11,554 bases of DNA from a virus (taxonomy: Duplodnaviria > Heunggongvirae > Uroviricota > Caudoviricetes), in the IMG/VR virus record IMGVR_UViG_3300010355_001317, positions 64,001 through 75,554 of that record. The stretch is one strand, 5' to 3'. The first letter of the stretch is position 1, and each line of letters starts with the position of its first letter. A program made the position numbers and the translations under genes. The notes under the pieces were generated by a model that made no database searches, was not told the origin of the DNA, and worked only from the letters and a program-made list of their open reading frames with translations. Below, piece by piece: positions 11,505 through 11,554 of the stretch.

Positions 11505-11546
11505 AAAGAACTAGTGGCTGACCCTTTTTATCAGATCAGCCACTAG
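11505..11546 (-). terminator. Hairpin immediately upstream of the tRNA (terminator-like or processing signal)
   Basis: CTAGTGGCTGA pairs with TCAGCCACTAG (11 bp, 14-nt loop), followed by TTCTTT and then the tRNA 5' end. Confidence 0.5.
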
Positions 11547-11554
11547 GTAAAACT

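Noticed and set aside
988-11546. All plus-strand ORFs in the track (988, 1319, 3088, 4313, 4523, 4760, 7607, 8112, 9768, 10031, 10699, 11277)
   Set aside because: They lie antisense to better-supported minus-strand genes or the tRNA, lack clear RBSs, and have the Leu/Ile/Phe-rich composition typical of shadow frames of AT-rich genes.

Overview
An AT-rich (roughly 30% GC by eye) window of about 40 short, tightly packed genes, all on the minus strand. Many overlap as ATGA or similar and have AGGAG-type ribosome-binding sites. The window ends in a tRNA-Arg(UCU) bracketed by hairpins. This layout fits the accessory or early region of a large bacteriophage genome using genetic code 11; that origin is an inference, and the host cannot be determined. 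No phage hallmark or housekeeping gene is recognisable. Much of the region is built from three expanded paralog families: F1, twelve 70-90 aa proteins ending in F-(R/K)-x5-G-x-hydrophobic; F2, three tandem IRIALN/CxEPG cysteine proteins; and F3, four C-x4-C-x2-C proteins with a shared (E/D)-Q-I-I-L-N-Q tail. Near-identical DNA junction segments join F3 tails to unrelated downstream genes. The window also holds three lipoproteins (one an astacin-like zinc metalloprotease), several micro-ORFs missed by the ORF track (including a LITAF-like zinc-ribbon membrane peptide), a ~44% GC, densely base-pairable non-coding segment at 1-278 that looks like a structured RNA, and a perfect 33-bp AT palindrome beside it. 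All protein calls come from motif reading, not database searches.
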